NCBI GenBank assembly: GCA_964016885.1
Contig: OZ024743.1
Coordinates: forward strand, 208,072,001 to 208,136,000
DNA length: 64,000 bases
Source: Eledone cirrhosa
Lineage: Eukaryota
Direction of reading: 5' to 3'
The notes below the pieces were generated by a model that worked only from the letters and a program-made list of their open reading frames with translations, ran no database searches and was not told where the DNA came from. Shown piece after piece: positions 23,738 through 37,855 of this stretch (within the stretch, counting starts at the first letter, position 1; each line of letters starts with the position of its first letter). A program made the translations under genes and the position numbers.

Positions 23738-24530
23738 TCTTCTTATAGTGTCCACAAGAGCGTCTGCTACAAAGCTTGGCTAGATGAAGTTCCGCCACAG
23801 CTGAACACATTGCTGTCCTTTCTTGTTAAACTCTGCCAAGTCCAATGCTATGCAGTGCCTCACCCACCTTTAACTCCTTGTCGTTACAGATGGGAGGTTG
23901 TTAGGTTTTTTTTTCCAGCAAGTGATCTTTCACTACTTATGCTTGATGTTCCAAGGGATGTGACGCGCTTCAGGAAATTTTTCCTGGATTTAAGGCGGCT
24001 TTTGGCTGGCATATTGGCGAAGAGAGGATGTTTTTGATCTGTAGTCTGTTGTCGACGCTCTTTATTGCTTGCTGCACTTCGTCGTATCTCTGGTGGGGCT
24101 ATGCCTGCCAGGATATACAGACGTTTCGTAAGTGTAGATTTTAGGCAGCCTGTGATGAGGTGGAAGCTAGTATTGAGGGTGGGATCTAGCTTCTGGATAT
24201 GGATAGCTCACTCCCATACTGGGCATGCATATTCGGCAGCTTGGTTGGTTGTTGGTGTAGATGTTGAAGAGAAGTGGTGCAAGTACTCTTCCCTGTGGGA
24301 GGCCATTCTTGAGTCTTCGCCATCTGCTTTTCTTCCCTCATAGCTCAACAACGTGCCTGTTTTCAAGCATGCTTTCAATCATCTCCGTCAGCCAGGTGTC
24401 TCTTGTGGTCTTCAGGATCTTGCTAAGGAGACGTCTGTGGTTGACTGTGTCATAGGCAGCTGAGAGGTCGACAAACATCACACCGGTTACCATCCCTTCC
24501 CCATAGCCATAATATACACTTTAATTAATT
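23738..24530 (-). mobile_element. L2/Daphne-group LINE fragment nested in a piggyBac-like MITE (23710-24717)
   Basis: FVDLSAAYDTVNH...KNGLPQG.VLAPLLFNIYTN on the minus strand; MITE halves on both sides. Confidence 0.75.
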
Positions 24531-27004
24531 AATGAAGAATTTTGAGTGATTTACTAAAATTATTGATAATTTCATTACTAAGATAGTAGCTTAATGTAAG
24601 GTTCTTATATAAAATAATTTTGGGAGATTTTAATTTAAACTGGAAACCTTTAAAATGGGTTGTTTTACTTCATAGAACCAGAGCTGGTTTTGGTTGGGTT
24701 GGTAACTAAAGGGTTAAAATGGGTGGTTTTATTTCATCCACAAACTCTAAATAAGGGAGGGAGCATCAATTATTTCACCCACAAACTCTGTCTCCATTTG
24801 ATCACACTAGCTTCAGAGAAAGACAACCTCCCTATTTCAAAGAATGTCTTACTTGAATGTTAACAACATAAAGCAGAGAGGATTTTTGGGGGATGACTCT
24901 ACCATAATAAAAGCCCCTGGTACACTCTGCAAAGTGGTTGGTTTTAGGAAGGGTATCCAGGCATAGAAATCATGCTGAAAGGGTAGCAAGAACTCTTCAG
25001 CTACATCAAGGACAAGACAAACAATTTAGTGCTATTGCACCCAGTACGCTCTGTTAAGTGGTTGGCATTAGAAAGGACATACAACTATTGAAAGCATATC
25101 AAAATGGAATGTATTTCAGCCAGTTGTGGTCCCCCACCTATCTAGGAGGACAGGAGCTTAAATTAAGTACTGACAGTCTGTAACAACCCACCCATACCAG
25201 GCCAGCATGATGATGATTATGTATCTAGGGCTCAATTATCTGAGGTAGCCAGCCTCGTTTAAGGTAGTGGCTCCAGGAAAATTTAGCTACAAAGGGTCTA
25301 TGGAGTAATGTTACTTGATAAAGTGTGTAACTCGGAGATCAGTGTGTCACTCCAGGTAGAGCCACTACTTCTCCGAATTGAGAGATCACAGCACCAATAT
25401 CATGGGCTTGTGGTTAGAATGTCCCAAGAAAGAATCACTGAATAGATTTTACAGGCAAAACCACCCAGCAGGAGACCCAGGATTAGACCCCAAGAAATAT
25501 GGTTGGATAACATCTATGAGATTGGCTGGTCTCACTTGGAGATCCAGCTGGATCAGTTGGAAATGGTTGCTTCTGACAGGACCCACTGGAAGGTGTGCTT
25601 GAGGACTCTGTCCCCACAACCCTCCCAGGAATAAGTGGGTGAAGAAGATTTCTAATATATCAGTTGAGCACATAGAAACTCCTTTGTTGGCTTTTGTTAT
25701 ATAGCTGAGTAGAACTAGGATTAGAGGTGCTTCAACCATGACCATTATGTCAATTTTTCACATGTAGCCTATCTGTTCCACATATAGTATATCTCTCTTC
25801 ACTACATTTCACATGTAGTATATCTATCTCCACTATATTTCACATAAGGTTACTCATACAGGACTGGTTTTTACTTGGTTTCTACGGCTGGATGTCCTTC
25901 CTAACACCAACCACATTTACAGTGTGCACAGAGTGCTTTTTGTTGTGATACTTACATGACCACCTTACAGTGGACTGGGTGCATTTTGTTGTGGCACCAC
26001 TTTATCATGTGGGTTGGGGACTTGGGTGGGGTGGGGGAAGATGCCTGGGGAATTGGGGATGTAGGTATAGGGGTGGGATGATATATATTAATATAACACT
26101 TTATTGTTTGTATCCTTGAAATCATTGGCAGAAGTAACAGTTATTGTTCACTTATAGATTTACTATTGAAACTCTCTTTCTCTCTCTCCCCTTCTATCTC
26201 TCTCTCTCTTTACCCCTCTATCTCTCCCTCTATATCTCTCTCATCTCCCTCTGTCTATCCTGCTCCCCCTCTCTCTCAAATCACTGTAATATTCCTACAA
26301 TTATAGTTTTTTTCTCATTACCATAATATACTTCATACTCCATTCCCACACTATATCAATTTTTCAATCAAAGATAAAAGTCATTGTTACTAAGTAACCA
26401 ACTAAAGTAGTTTCCTTTTAATTCTCCCTTAATGTATTTGATTGAGATATAGATTGGTTTTTATGACTCATTTGGCCAAGTGTAAGTTCACATGTATATC
26501 TCCACTACATGTAGTATATTTCCCCTATATTCCACATATGGTATATCTCCACTACATTTCACATGAGTTGCAATCAGTGGATAGTAACAGCAATGGAAAG
26601 ACCAATGGAAACATTGTTTACTTGGTTTGATTTGACCAGTTCCAACCCACTCAGTAAGTGAATGAGATCTGGAATCTTGATGATCGATTTCTTCAAGTAT
26701 CTTGATCTGCCATGAGTTGTGGCTGGTAGATAGTATCAGTAATGGAAATACCAGTGGAAACATTGTTTCCTTGGTCTGATCTAATGAGTTCCAACCCACT
26801 CAGTAAGTGAATGAGGTCTGGGATATTGTTGATTGATAAATAACTTCACAGTAGCTTAATAAACTGAAACAAATGTAATAACCATAACTCTTTTATAGGT
26901 GCTAGTTTGGACCTTCCAGAGCTGGGCTCTCACCTGCTGAGGCCCTAAATTATATAAAATTTGAGGCCCTTCTTGAAAAGAATTTGGACAAAAATTTTCT
27001 TATG

Positions 27005-28635
27005 TTTAATGATAAAGAATAAATAATACACATGTATATATATATATATATGTATGTAAAAGGTAAACAGAAATAACAACACAATCGGTACAGTATATGG
27101 AAGGGATATATTAGGTTAACACTTGATATAGCAGGAAGAAGGTCCTAACGTTTCGGACGCTAGTCCTTCATCAGAAGAAAGAATGAGAAATAAGATAGAT
27201 TGAGGGGACGGGCGGGTTGGAATTAGAAAAAAATGTCTTTAGATAAAAATAACAGGTCCATTCATATTGACATCTCTTGCAAAACTGTTGGTGCTGGCGT
27301 TTTGTGTATGATTTATTTTTTAGAAAAGTGGATGATGAAGCGTGTCTACCTGAAGTTAGTAAAATCGAAGTTGTGGCGGTCGACCAGCATCCACGAAAAA
27401 ACAATATTCGGAGCTTTGCACGAAGCACACAATAAGAAGATATCGATAAATCAATAAGTTACATCTTAGGGTAATAAACATATGTTAAATAGCGTGACAA
27501 ATTGAAAACTGTAGTTAAGGGGACAAAGCCACAGAAGCCACCACCACAACAGTCAGGACCCAATGGCTGAGATCTTGCTATTTCAACAGCTGGAACTAGC
27601 TGTTAAGCTGTTGAAATAACAATAGCTCAGCCATCAGTTCCCAACTCTTTATAATATTAGCCATACTCTACTATCCCAAGTATTGAGTACTTTGTTGAAT
27701 AAGGGTCTAACTAGTTTTAACCTGGTTCTATCCTGGGGACCGTTGTGCTGAGCATTTGAGGGACATACGACTCAGTTTGGATACTCCTGTTCTCCTGGTC
27801 ATTCTTCCCTGCATGTTTCAGTCCTGGGTGTCCGTTTACATCATGGATCACAGGCCTTGCACACCAGGACTGAACAAAGACTGATTCACTGCCTTGGGTC
27901 CTATTTCCCTCTTGGACTCAACTCACCTCCCCAATTTCTTTAATACCCCGTCCATTATCACACGCGCTTGTACATTCACACCTAGATTCCTATCGCTCTC
28001 TCTTGATCATTAACATCTTCTCTTACAACTAATACATGCCAACTATATATACTCACTCCACTTTTCCCTTCACTGCTCTATATACACACACCCTTATATT
28101 AACAGACTTTTGCTCATATCTTCGTACTTACATGCACACACACTCTTTTATTCACATACACACACACATTTCTTCTTAACTTCGGATGGACGTATAATAA
28201 CACCCACACACACATGCTTACGCACGTGCACAAGTATAGCTCTTTTTACAAAACGTTTTTTTTTTCCATTTCAGGTAGACGCGCTCCAGCATTCACTTTT
28301 CTAAAAAATAAATCATACACAAAACGCCAGCACCAACAGTTTTGCAAGAGATGTCAACATGAATGGACCTGTTATTTTTATCTAAAGACATTTCTTTCCA
28401 ATTCCAACTCCAACCCACCCGTCCCCTCAATCTATCTCATTTCTCATTCTTCCTACTGTTGAAGGACTAGCGTCCGAAACGTTAAGACCCTCTTCCTGCT
28501 ATATCAAGCGTTAACCTAATATATCCCTTTCATATACTGTACCGATTGTGTTGTTATTTCTGTTTACCTTTTACATACATATATATATATATATATATAT
28601 GCGTGTGTGTGTATTATTTATTCTTTATCATTAAC
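27005..28635 (+). mobile_element. Penelope-like element: inverted pLTR / GIY-YIG tail / pLTR
   Basis: ~350-bp inverted repeat (27005-27354 vs 28270-28635). 27732-27943 encodes DRCAEHLRDIR...EQRLIHCLGSYFPLGLN. Hammerhead motif in both arms. Confidence 0.82.
27143..27180 (-). ncRNA. Minimal PLE hammerhead motif
   Basis: CTGATGA-a-ggac-tagc-gtcc-GAAACGTT. The + strand twin at 28456-28485 has CTGTTGA (core mutation). Confidence 0.62.
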
Positions 28636-29388
28636 ATTTATATACACACATACACATATATATAACTTTTCTTTATGCATTAATTTAGGTTTTTTTGTTG
28701 GGTAGAAATGTGTGTATGCTTGTGCCACAATGAAAAGCACCCAGCTCCCCCTGTAAGGTGACAGTACCTGTGCTATGATGCACCCAGTACATGCTGTAAA
28801 ATGGTTAACATTAGGAAAAGTATCCAGCCATAGAATCCATGCTAAAATGGAACATATGAGCAGGGGGAGGGATCATATTTTCTTGTGTATTATTAAGACT
28901 GACATTGTGCAGTAAGTAAATAATAAATGTTTTAAAATAACTTTTTGAATTCTCTGTGTGTTTATGTCTTGCAGATACAAAGTGGTGTGAGTCTGTGTGT
29001 TTATGTCAAACAGATACAGTGTTGTGTGTGTGTCTGTGTGAGTCTGTATGTTTATGTCAAGCAGATACGAAGTAGTGTGTGGAGGGGAAGTATCATATAA
29101 TCAGCAATAGAGATGTGAAGATTGTCATTTGACAGCTAATAAAGATCAAATTTCTCTACTTCAACATATTCACACTTATATTAAAGTCATGTAAGTACTT
29201 TTGGTTTTAACTTTTGCTCAATATAAATAATTGTTTCTACTTTTGGCACAAGGCCAGCAATAAACCAGTGCATTACTGGTACTTTATTTTATCTCCGTAA
29301 GGATGAAAGACAAAGTTAACCTCTCAATATAAATAATAAATGAAGAGAGAAACTGAGCCTGTTGCTAAAAATATGGATGTGTGGTTTG

Positions 29389-29845
29389 GTATACAGGAGA
29401 GTGAGGTTAAAATATAGATATATCTAACATGTATGTCTACTTGGGTATACAGGAGAGTGTGGTTAAAATATTGATATATCTAACATGTATGTCTACTTTG
29501 GTAGATAGGAGAGTGAGGTTAAAATATAGATATATCTAACATGTATGTCTACTTGGGTATACAGGAGAGTGAGGTTAAAATATAGATATATCTAACATGT
29601 ATGTCTACTTTGGTAGATAGGAGAGTGAGGTTAAAATATAGATATATCTAACATGTATGTCTACTTTGGTAGATAGGAGAGTGAGGTTAAAATATTGATA
29701 TATCTAACATGTATGTCTACTTGGGTAGATCGGAGAGTGAGGTTAAAATATTGATATATCTAACATGTATGTCTACTTGGGTAGACAGGAGAGTGAGGTT
29801 AAAATATTGATATATCTAACATGTGTGTCTACTTGGGTAGACAGG
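29389..29845. repeat. 56-bp minisatellite, ~8 copies
   Basis: Unit gtatacaggagagtgaggttaaaatatagatatatctaacatgtatgtctacttgg. Confidence 0.92.
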
Positions 29846-30226
29846 CAATCTGATAGTGTTAATTAATAATACAGATATCAGATCAGATCTGATAATACAG
29901 GTAGTCTGATAGTGTTGACTAATAATATAGATATGATGCCAGATTATATCTGATTCCGAATCAAATCCAATCTGATAACACAAGCAGTCTGATAGTGTTG
30001 ACTTATAATACAGACATCAAATCTGATCCCAGATCAAATCCAATATATATATATAGTTAAAAAGTGAAGGTGAACATGCACAAGTATATTTAAAGAGATT
30101 TTTCTTTAATCTAACAGAATGAATAATTTTATAATTGTTGCATTAAATATAACCAATTTCGATTGTTATACAATCTTATTAAATATTTTAAAAATATTTT
30201 TTACATGTATTCCGATATATATATAT

Positions 30227-33200
30227 ATCATCATCATCATTATCATTTTACATCCGCTTTTCCTTGCTTGCAAGGGTGGGATGGGTCTTCTTCAGCACAA
30301 CATCTTTTCATTTGTCACAGTTTTTCGTCACTTTCTCTGTGAGCTTCAGCAATCTGAGGTCAGCTCTCACCACCTCTGCCCATGTTTTTCCTGGTCTTCC
30401 TTCCACCAGGATTTTTTGGCACTTCTTCACCCAGTGATCATCTATGCGCATCACATGGCCATACCAGTGTTCTCTCCTGCAAACTACAGTTTTTTCCTCT
30501 TATACACAGTTTCACTCTCTACTTGTCCATGCTTGGTTGTTCAAGCACATTGACATTGCACATCCATCAAAGCATGCTTGCTTCATTTCTCTCCAGCCTT
30601 CGCATATCCTCCGCAGTTGCTGCCTATGTCTCGCTACCATGCAGCATCGTGCATCTCACACAGGCATCATACAACTGACCATTCATTCGTAGGGAGAAAC
30701 CTTTCATTGCCAACATAAGAAGCAGTTCTCTAAACTTCTTCCATCCTATCCTTATTCTAGATACTATGGCCTCAGAGCATCCTCCTTCCTTGCTAATCTG
30801 ATCACCTACATATCAGAAGCTATCAACCACCTCTATAGATCCTACCTGCATTTGAAAAATGTGCTTATCACTGATACTTCTACGATTAATTTTCCCTAAA
30901 CATCTACTACATATGAAGTTTTCCTTTCCTGTTAGTTTGCCTGCTATCCCACTACACCTCTAGTGTACCCAAGATCTGCATTGTGTACATTCTATAGAGT
31001 TTATGCCAACTCCTTTTCTACATATCGAGCATGACCATTTCCCTGATGGAATCAGTCTTGTCCTCTTTTCTACTCATCAACACTTTTGTCTTAGCTAGAT
31101 TCACTCTCAGTTCCCTTGATTCCAACTGCTGTTTCCACAGCCAAAATTTATTCTCTAGCTCCTCTACTGATTCTGCTATAAGTACCAGATCATCAGCATA
31201 GAGAAGTTCCCATGGGCAGCCAGTCTTAAACTCCTCTATTATGGTTTGGAGAACTATAATGAATAAGAGTGGGCTGAGGACTTGAACCCTGATGAACTCC
31301 TACTTGTACCTGGAATTCCTCACTAAACACCATTCTTACTCACACTTTACTGACGGCTCCTCTGTACATAGCTTGTACTGTCCTCCCAAGCCATTCCGCT
31401 ACACCTAGTTTCCTTAGGGACCACCAGATGACAGATCGGGGTACTCTATCAAAGGCCTTCTCTCGCTCAACAAAAGCTAAATATAGTGGCTTATTCTTCT
31501 CTAAGAATCTCTCATGTAGTTGTCTCACTAAGAAGAGGGCACCTGTTGTATTTTTCCCAGCCAAAACCAAACTGCATCTCATCTAATTTGACTCTTTCTT
31601 TAATTAGTTGTGCTAACACTCTTTCTGTCATTTTCATAACCTGATCCATCAGTTTTATGCCCCTATAATTGCTCCTTTACAGAGATTCACCTTTACCTTT
31701 GTTGCAGTTAACAAGAATACTGCTCCACCAGTCTTTGGGTATGACTCTGTCATATATAACTTGATTGACTATACATGCAACCAGTTTAGTTCCTACTTCT
31801 CCTGATGCCTTCAACATCTCAGCAACTATCCCTGACAATCCAGCGGCCTTACCATTTTTCATTTCATTTCATTAATTGCTTCTTTGACCCTATAGTCATC
31901 AACCTCAATAGCTGGTCCCTCTATTGGGGCCAAGTTTCTCTCCCATTCATTCTCAACTTTCATCAGTCTCTCATAATGACATTTCCAGGCCTCCTTTTTC
32001 TGAGCATCAGTGACGCTAAGTGCACCAGCATAATTTCGGACACACTTATCTCCAACAACACACTGCCTTGCAATGCGAAACACCTCATGTCTCTGATCCT
32101 CTCGTCGCAGAACATTGGCCAACCTCCTACTCTCAGCTTCCCTGCGTGCTAAGTATACCTGACAGTCTCTCTTTTAGCAGCTGAGTATCGGTCTCTACTC
32201 CCCCCAGTTTTCCAATCTTTCCATGCTTGTCTTTTGTCTTTAATGGCTCTATCAACCGTGCTGTTGCACCACCAAGTCACCCTCTATCTGGTTGGAGCTT
32301 TGCTCCAGCCACAAGTCTCTTCAGTTGCGTGCAGTAGGTTGTCGCGTAAGAACTTCCAGTTATCTTCTATATCACACAATTCTAATTCATCTTCTTTCTC
32401 GTCATACACATCTTGTAGGACCTTTCACTTATATTTAAGAGAAAGGTACTTTAGCTTCCAGGCCTTCCTTTTCCCTACCTTCCTGTGTGTCTCATTCTGT
32501 CTCTTGTTTATTGAGATGTCACTAATGACTAACCTATGTTGGGAGGTACATTCTTCCCCATGGTATACCTTAGTATTTGTAACCATCTGTCTGTCTCGTT
32601 GCCTAACTAGCAAGAAGTAAATCTGACTTATGTGCTCGCCTGATTGGTAGGTGATTAGGTGATTGGCAGGTTTCCTGAAGTTAGTGTTGCAAAGGGTTAG
32701 TTTACTTGCATCACAAAATTCAAGAAGCCTCACTCCTTCTTCATTTCTTGAGCCATAATCACCATGTACCCCAGTGTATCCATCCTGGAGTTGTCCAACA
32801 TGACCATTGAAGACATCTGCTAGTATGACTAGGACTCTGCCCTCTGTCACTATAGCTGTCTCTAGAAGTTGCTCGTAAAAGTAGTCCTTCTCTTCTTTAC
32901 CTCGGCCTGCTTGGGGAGCATAGGTAGAGATAATTGTCAGCAGTCTATTGCCTACAACTAATCTAATCTTAATGATTCTATTACTTACTCTAACTACCTC
33001 TATTGTCTTGTTAATCCACTTCCTGGCCAGTAAAATGCCTACCCCACCTATCCCATCATCATCATTTCCTACCCAGAAAAGCTTATAGCTAATCTGTTTG
33101 CCTGTGATTAGTCTTGCTCCATCTCACTTCTTGCATGCAGCACACATCCACATCTCTCCTCTCTAGCATCTCTACTATCTCACCAGATCTACCTCTCAGA

Positions 33201-33230
33201 GTGCCAACATTGTGTTGCAACCCTGAAATG
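30227..33230 (-). mobile_element. Near full-length, degenerate RTE LINE (family B, diverged from A)
   Basis: APE, RT (EKAFDRVPRSVIWW, PWELLYADD) and Cys/His segments broken by frameshifts; (GAT)n tail at ~30227-30247. Confidence 0.9.
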
Positions 33231-35569
33231 TGTCATCTTTCGTTGATTTTTCCTTTTTCTCTGCAATGAAAAATATTTAAAATCATCATCATCATCATTA
33301 TTGTTGTGCAATTGCTTGAAAATTGTGTACAGTGTTCAGGTGCACTACACCTCATCAAAGGTGCATGTATAGTACATAGAATAATGTACAAATGTCAGGA
33401 AAGTGAACAGTGTATGAGATATACAACAGACACATGTGTGCTTGTGTATGGAGGGCGAATTTCAGGAAGCTTGGAAGTTTTGAAGGATACATATATATTT
33501 ATTTAGTATATTACTAATATATGTTTAGTTACTATAGAACTAGTATATAGTTAGTATAATACTAATAGTTAGTTATTACAGTTGTAATATATAGTTACTA
33601 TAGTACTAGTATATAGTTAGTTGCTATATGACTAATATGTAAGTTTTTATATTATTCATGCTATTACATTTACAAAGTAAAGGAGAACTCAATTTTGGTA
33701 GAATAATATTCATTATAGTTCCTCTGTCATACCTCTGGACAATCCTCACATATGTGGAATTACTACCTCTCTAATTTTTATCATTTAATGTCCACTTTCC
33801 CAGCTAGCAAAAATTAAAATGCATTTTCATGGAACCAAGGAGGTTTGTCATGTGTATGGCCCAACTGAAGAGACCTCCTGACCCTTTGTTTGGTAAACTT
33901 TCTACAGCTGGGTGTTATTCCTATTGTCAACACCTATATAGTGTCTGCTGGCTGTGTTTTGCCATTCACACAACTGTAGAGGCAAATATTTAAAGAAAAA
34001 CATTCAATAACAATAATAACCAAAACAACATTGTTTTTTTTAAAATCAATTTATTTTTTTTTTAAATGTTTATATTACAGTTAGAGACAAATGGAACAGA
34101 CACTAATGAAAATAATTCTTCTCATTTCAAAATAATGTTAGATTAATACGTCATCATTGTTTTATGTCTCTTTTCCACGCTGGACAGAACTGTTTGATAC
34201 AGTGTTTAATGGTCAGATGCCAATCTAGGTAAGGTCAGTTGATGTATTTGGATCAAAACTAAATCCAGATAAGGTCTGTCGCTAGAGAAATAACTGGTCG
34301 ACCTGAATTTAAAATTTTAAACAAGATAAAACTAAGGTTACAGAATATGTATTTAATTTTAAGTGAAATAATTTTAACTGGACAATAGATGATGATGGTT
34401 ATCATCATCATTATTATAGTGGAGATGGTGATTGCAATGAAGTTTTTGGACCTCTGTTGTTTCCGACAAGTGTTCTAGTTGATTCAATCAACAGAACTGC
34501 TGGCTTGTGAGATTATTTCACAGACATTTGCACCCTTAATGTAGTTCTCAGGGAGATTCAGCATGACACAATGTTCAACTCAATTTTAGCCAGCTGAGTG
34601 GACTAGAGCTAAGTGAAATAAAGTGTCTTGCTCAAGAACACAACATGCTACCTTATCATCATGAGCTGAACATCGTAACCACTAAGCTACAATGAGGATA
34701 ATAGGGAAAATATTAATTAGAAAACAACTATTACAAAATAGTAAAATATTTCAGTGTGTTTGCAGTAGAACAGCAGAGAGAGATCCTGTAACAATTTAGT
34801 AGAAAATATCTAAAAATAGGTTTGTTTATTCAAGTGTTTATAGTAGTTTCACTAGTAGACTGACAGATTGAGGGATCACAGCTCCGATACTATGGACATG
34901 TGGTTAGAATGTCTCAGGAAAGAATTGCTGGACAGATTTTATGAGCAAAACCAACTGGCAGGGGACCCAGGAGTAGACCCTGAGCAAGATGGTTGGATAA
35001 TATCCATGAACTCTGCTGGTCCCGCTTGCATATCCAGTTGGATCAGTTAGAGACAGTTGCCACTGGAAGGAATGCTTGAGGACTTTGCCCCCATGACCCT
35101 TTTAGGAATAAGTGGGTGAAGAGGACAAATTGTTGTGAAAATTTACAGTAAAGCTAAAACTTTGGTTTTTAATTTGATGCACTCATGTTGCTGTTTTGTA
35201 CTTTTCAAGAATGTCTTGCTAATGTGGTTTCATGTGTTACAGGACATTAATTAGTCTTTAACTAATACTAGCTTGATAATTAGTAATAGAAGTTTTAGTA
35301 ATTTACTCATGGTTTCTTTATTTCGAATCAAAACTTATACAAGTAAAGAAAATTAAAGTATCTTAAAGAGAGAGAGCCAAAGGAACAGTGCAAACAACCA
35401 GTAAATGTGTGTATATGTCTGTATGACAGTTAAAGTGTCTTAACAAGAGAGAGGTCTAGTACAAACTAGCAGTAAGATATAATCTAGTGGCCTGACACCC
35501 AAGTACTTTGTCTAAAGAGTTATTACACTCACAGTGTACAAGTAATATATTGAACAGGAATAGAGATAA

Positions 35570-35950
35570 TAATAATAATTGTTTCTACTTTTTGGCACAA
35601 GGCCAGCAATTACCTCAGTGCATTACTGGTATTTTATTTTATTGACCCAGTAAGGATGAAAGGCAAAGTTAACCTCAGACCGTAAAGCATGGTGTCCGAC
35701 TCCCTACTGAGACTGCCAATTCATTGCCCTATAAAAATAATAGTTTCTGATTTAGGCAGAAGGCCAACAATTTGAAGTGAAAGAGAAGGTCGATTAAATC
35801 GACCCCGGTGTGTTACTACTAATTTATTTTATCAACCCCATAAGGATGAAAGGCTAACCTCAGCAGGATTTGAACTCAGAATGTAACGGAGTGTAACTAT
35901 GCCGCAAAGCATGGTGTCCAAATGCTCTACTGATTACTGCCACTCCACTG
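35570..35950 (-). mobile_element. Two SINE S1 copies
   Basis: Reverse-complement S1 motifs (ggatgaaaggc, ggatttgaactcaga). Confidence 0.7.
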
Positions 35951-36467
35951 CCCTTATAAGGTTGTGAGTTCAATAATAATAATTCTTTTAAGAAGTATAA
36001 ATAAATTGAAAGAGGCAGTATCTTTTGGCTATACAGTTAAACTGTCAGAAATCAGTAATAAGATATGAAAATATAACTGAACATAAAGCTTGAGGGGAAA
36101 CAATTAGATTTGGGAAGAAATGGTCTTCAAATTTACTTTAATGGTTATTACATGCATTTTGTAACAATTAAGGCTCAATCATTTCCTATTATCCTGGAGG
36201 ATGGTGATTGTGGTGGTGGTGGTGATGATGATGATGATGATATCTTCATTTGTTAATACTTAAGTCTTCACTGTCAAATAGCTGTAAACATTTATACAAT
36301 CATGTTAAGTTCTTGGAGATAACTACTCTGCTGATTTACAACTAATGTCTTTTCCTATATACAGTGAAAATGATACAATATTTTTAGCTGTTATAAGTTA
36401 ATCAAAGGATCTTATTGAAAGAAGTAGTAAAATGCTTAGATATGAACTTTAGTTCAACATCCTAACC

Positions 36468-36933
36468 CAGAGGTGGGGAACCTTTTCATGATGAAAGGCC
36501 ACATTGTTACTTGTAATATAAGGCTGCATTTAAGAAACCATAATTATATATTCTTAAAATATTGATAATCACTGGTGTACTAAATCCATGCAGGTTCTCA
36601 CCAACCAGCCCCAGGTGATAGTGGTTCCAGTCAAACAGGAATTTAATGTAGATTCTAGAATCACATTTGAACTAAAACAAGTGTTGAAAGTGCTGAAATG
36701 GCCCTTATGATCTACTAATTTTTTTTTCATTCTGGTCAGTATGGATTATTTTGTTGAATTTTCTTTTATTCTTTGGTATTTAAAATATGTTCATCTTATG
36801 GTTTAAATTAAAATTATAAGAGATAGACTAAATCATATTAATAAAAATTTAAACTTTTGATTTTTTCAAAAGGCCGCACAGAATGTTATAGAAAGCCACA
36901 TGGGGCCTTAAGACCACAAGTTCCCCATGTCTG
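36468..36933. mobile_element. Non-autonomous hAT (Charlie-like) element
   Basis: TIRs cagaggtggggaac / gttccccatgtctg; 8-bp TSD tcctaacc / ccctaacc. Confidence 0.75.
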
Positions 36934-37237
36934 CCCTAACCCTTTAAAATTATGTGTCTTGTTTTGTAGCTTGAAAATAAGTTAATTCTTTCTCGAAAGT
37001 TACTCATACAATTGATCTTATATGTCATTTGTAGATAGATGCCTTAAAATTATGTAATTATATCCTAGAAATAAATTATTAATCAACACTATAGGCTTTC
37101 TCTTATGTAAACAATTTATCAGAACACAAATTTCCTAGTTTGTATGATAGTTCATAAAAGTCAATAAATAATCATACCTTACACAGTAATATTTTATAAA
37201 ATCCAATGTAATAAACTTAAAAATAGTAAACACTTAC

Positions 37238-37267
37238 CATAAACCTTTTTTAGAAGATATTCTACAT
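37238..37267 (-). CDS. WSC-domain protein, 30-nt exon
   Basis: tattttcttttatttcacag|...|gtaagt; phase 1-1; (H)VEYLLKKVY. Confidence 0.78.
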
Positions 37268-37408
37268 CTGTGAAATAAAAGAAAATACAACATCTTAAGT
37301 AAACTTATATTTCTCTCCTTAATTTTGTTTCATCACAACCATTTTGTTTTGCTTACAATATTTACAATTGAATTGGGGAAAAAAAGAGGGAGTGAGGGAC
37401 ACTACACT

Positions 37409-37855
37409 TCAGTCCAGGCATTGACTCAGCCGCACCCTGTGGACACGGAGAATGGCCAGAGACACTCGCTGTAACAACCACCCCACTTCATGGGACTCCT
37501 TCCTCAAGCAGGTCGGCATCTTTCTGATTTTACGGAAGAGATCAGCAGTGCAGGGACCAAAGACACCAGCGGTCTTGATGGAGACTGGTACAAAGAGGAA
37601 GTTGCCAGTCAGTCCTCGGTATTTAACTATCTTCCTCTCATCTGTAGAGACCAAAGACACCAGAGGTCTTGATGGAGACCTGTACAAAGAGGAAGTGCTC
37701 AGTCAGGCCCCAACATTTAACTATCTTCCTCTCCTCTGTGGTAATGTGGGGACCAAAAACACCAGAGGTCTTGGTAGAGACTGGTACAAACAGGAAGAGG
37801 TCAGTCAGGCCCCAGTATTTAACCATCTTCCTCTCTTCGGCATCTTTTTACCCAG
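37409..37855 (-). mobile_element. CRE-like non-LTR retrotransposon restriction-like endonuclease fragment, internally triplicated
   Basis: KIVKYRGL...FVPVSIKTAGVFGP...WLLQRVSLAILR. Related pieces at ~40105-40310, ~52490-52640 and ~60870-61300. Confidence 0.7.
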
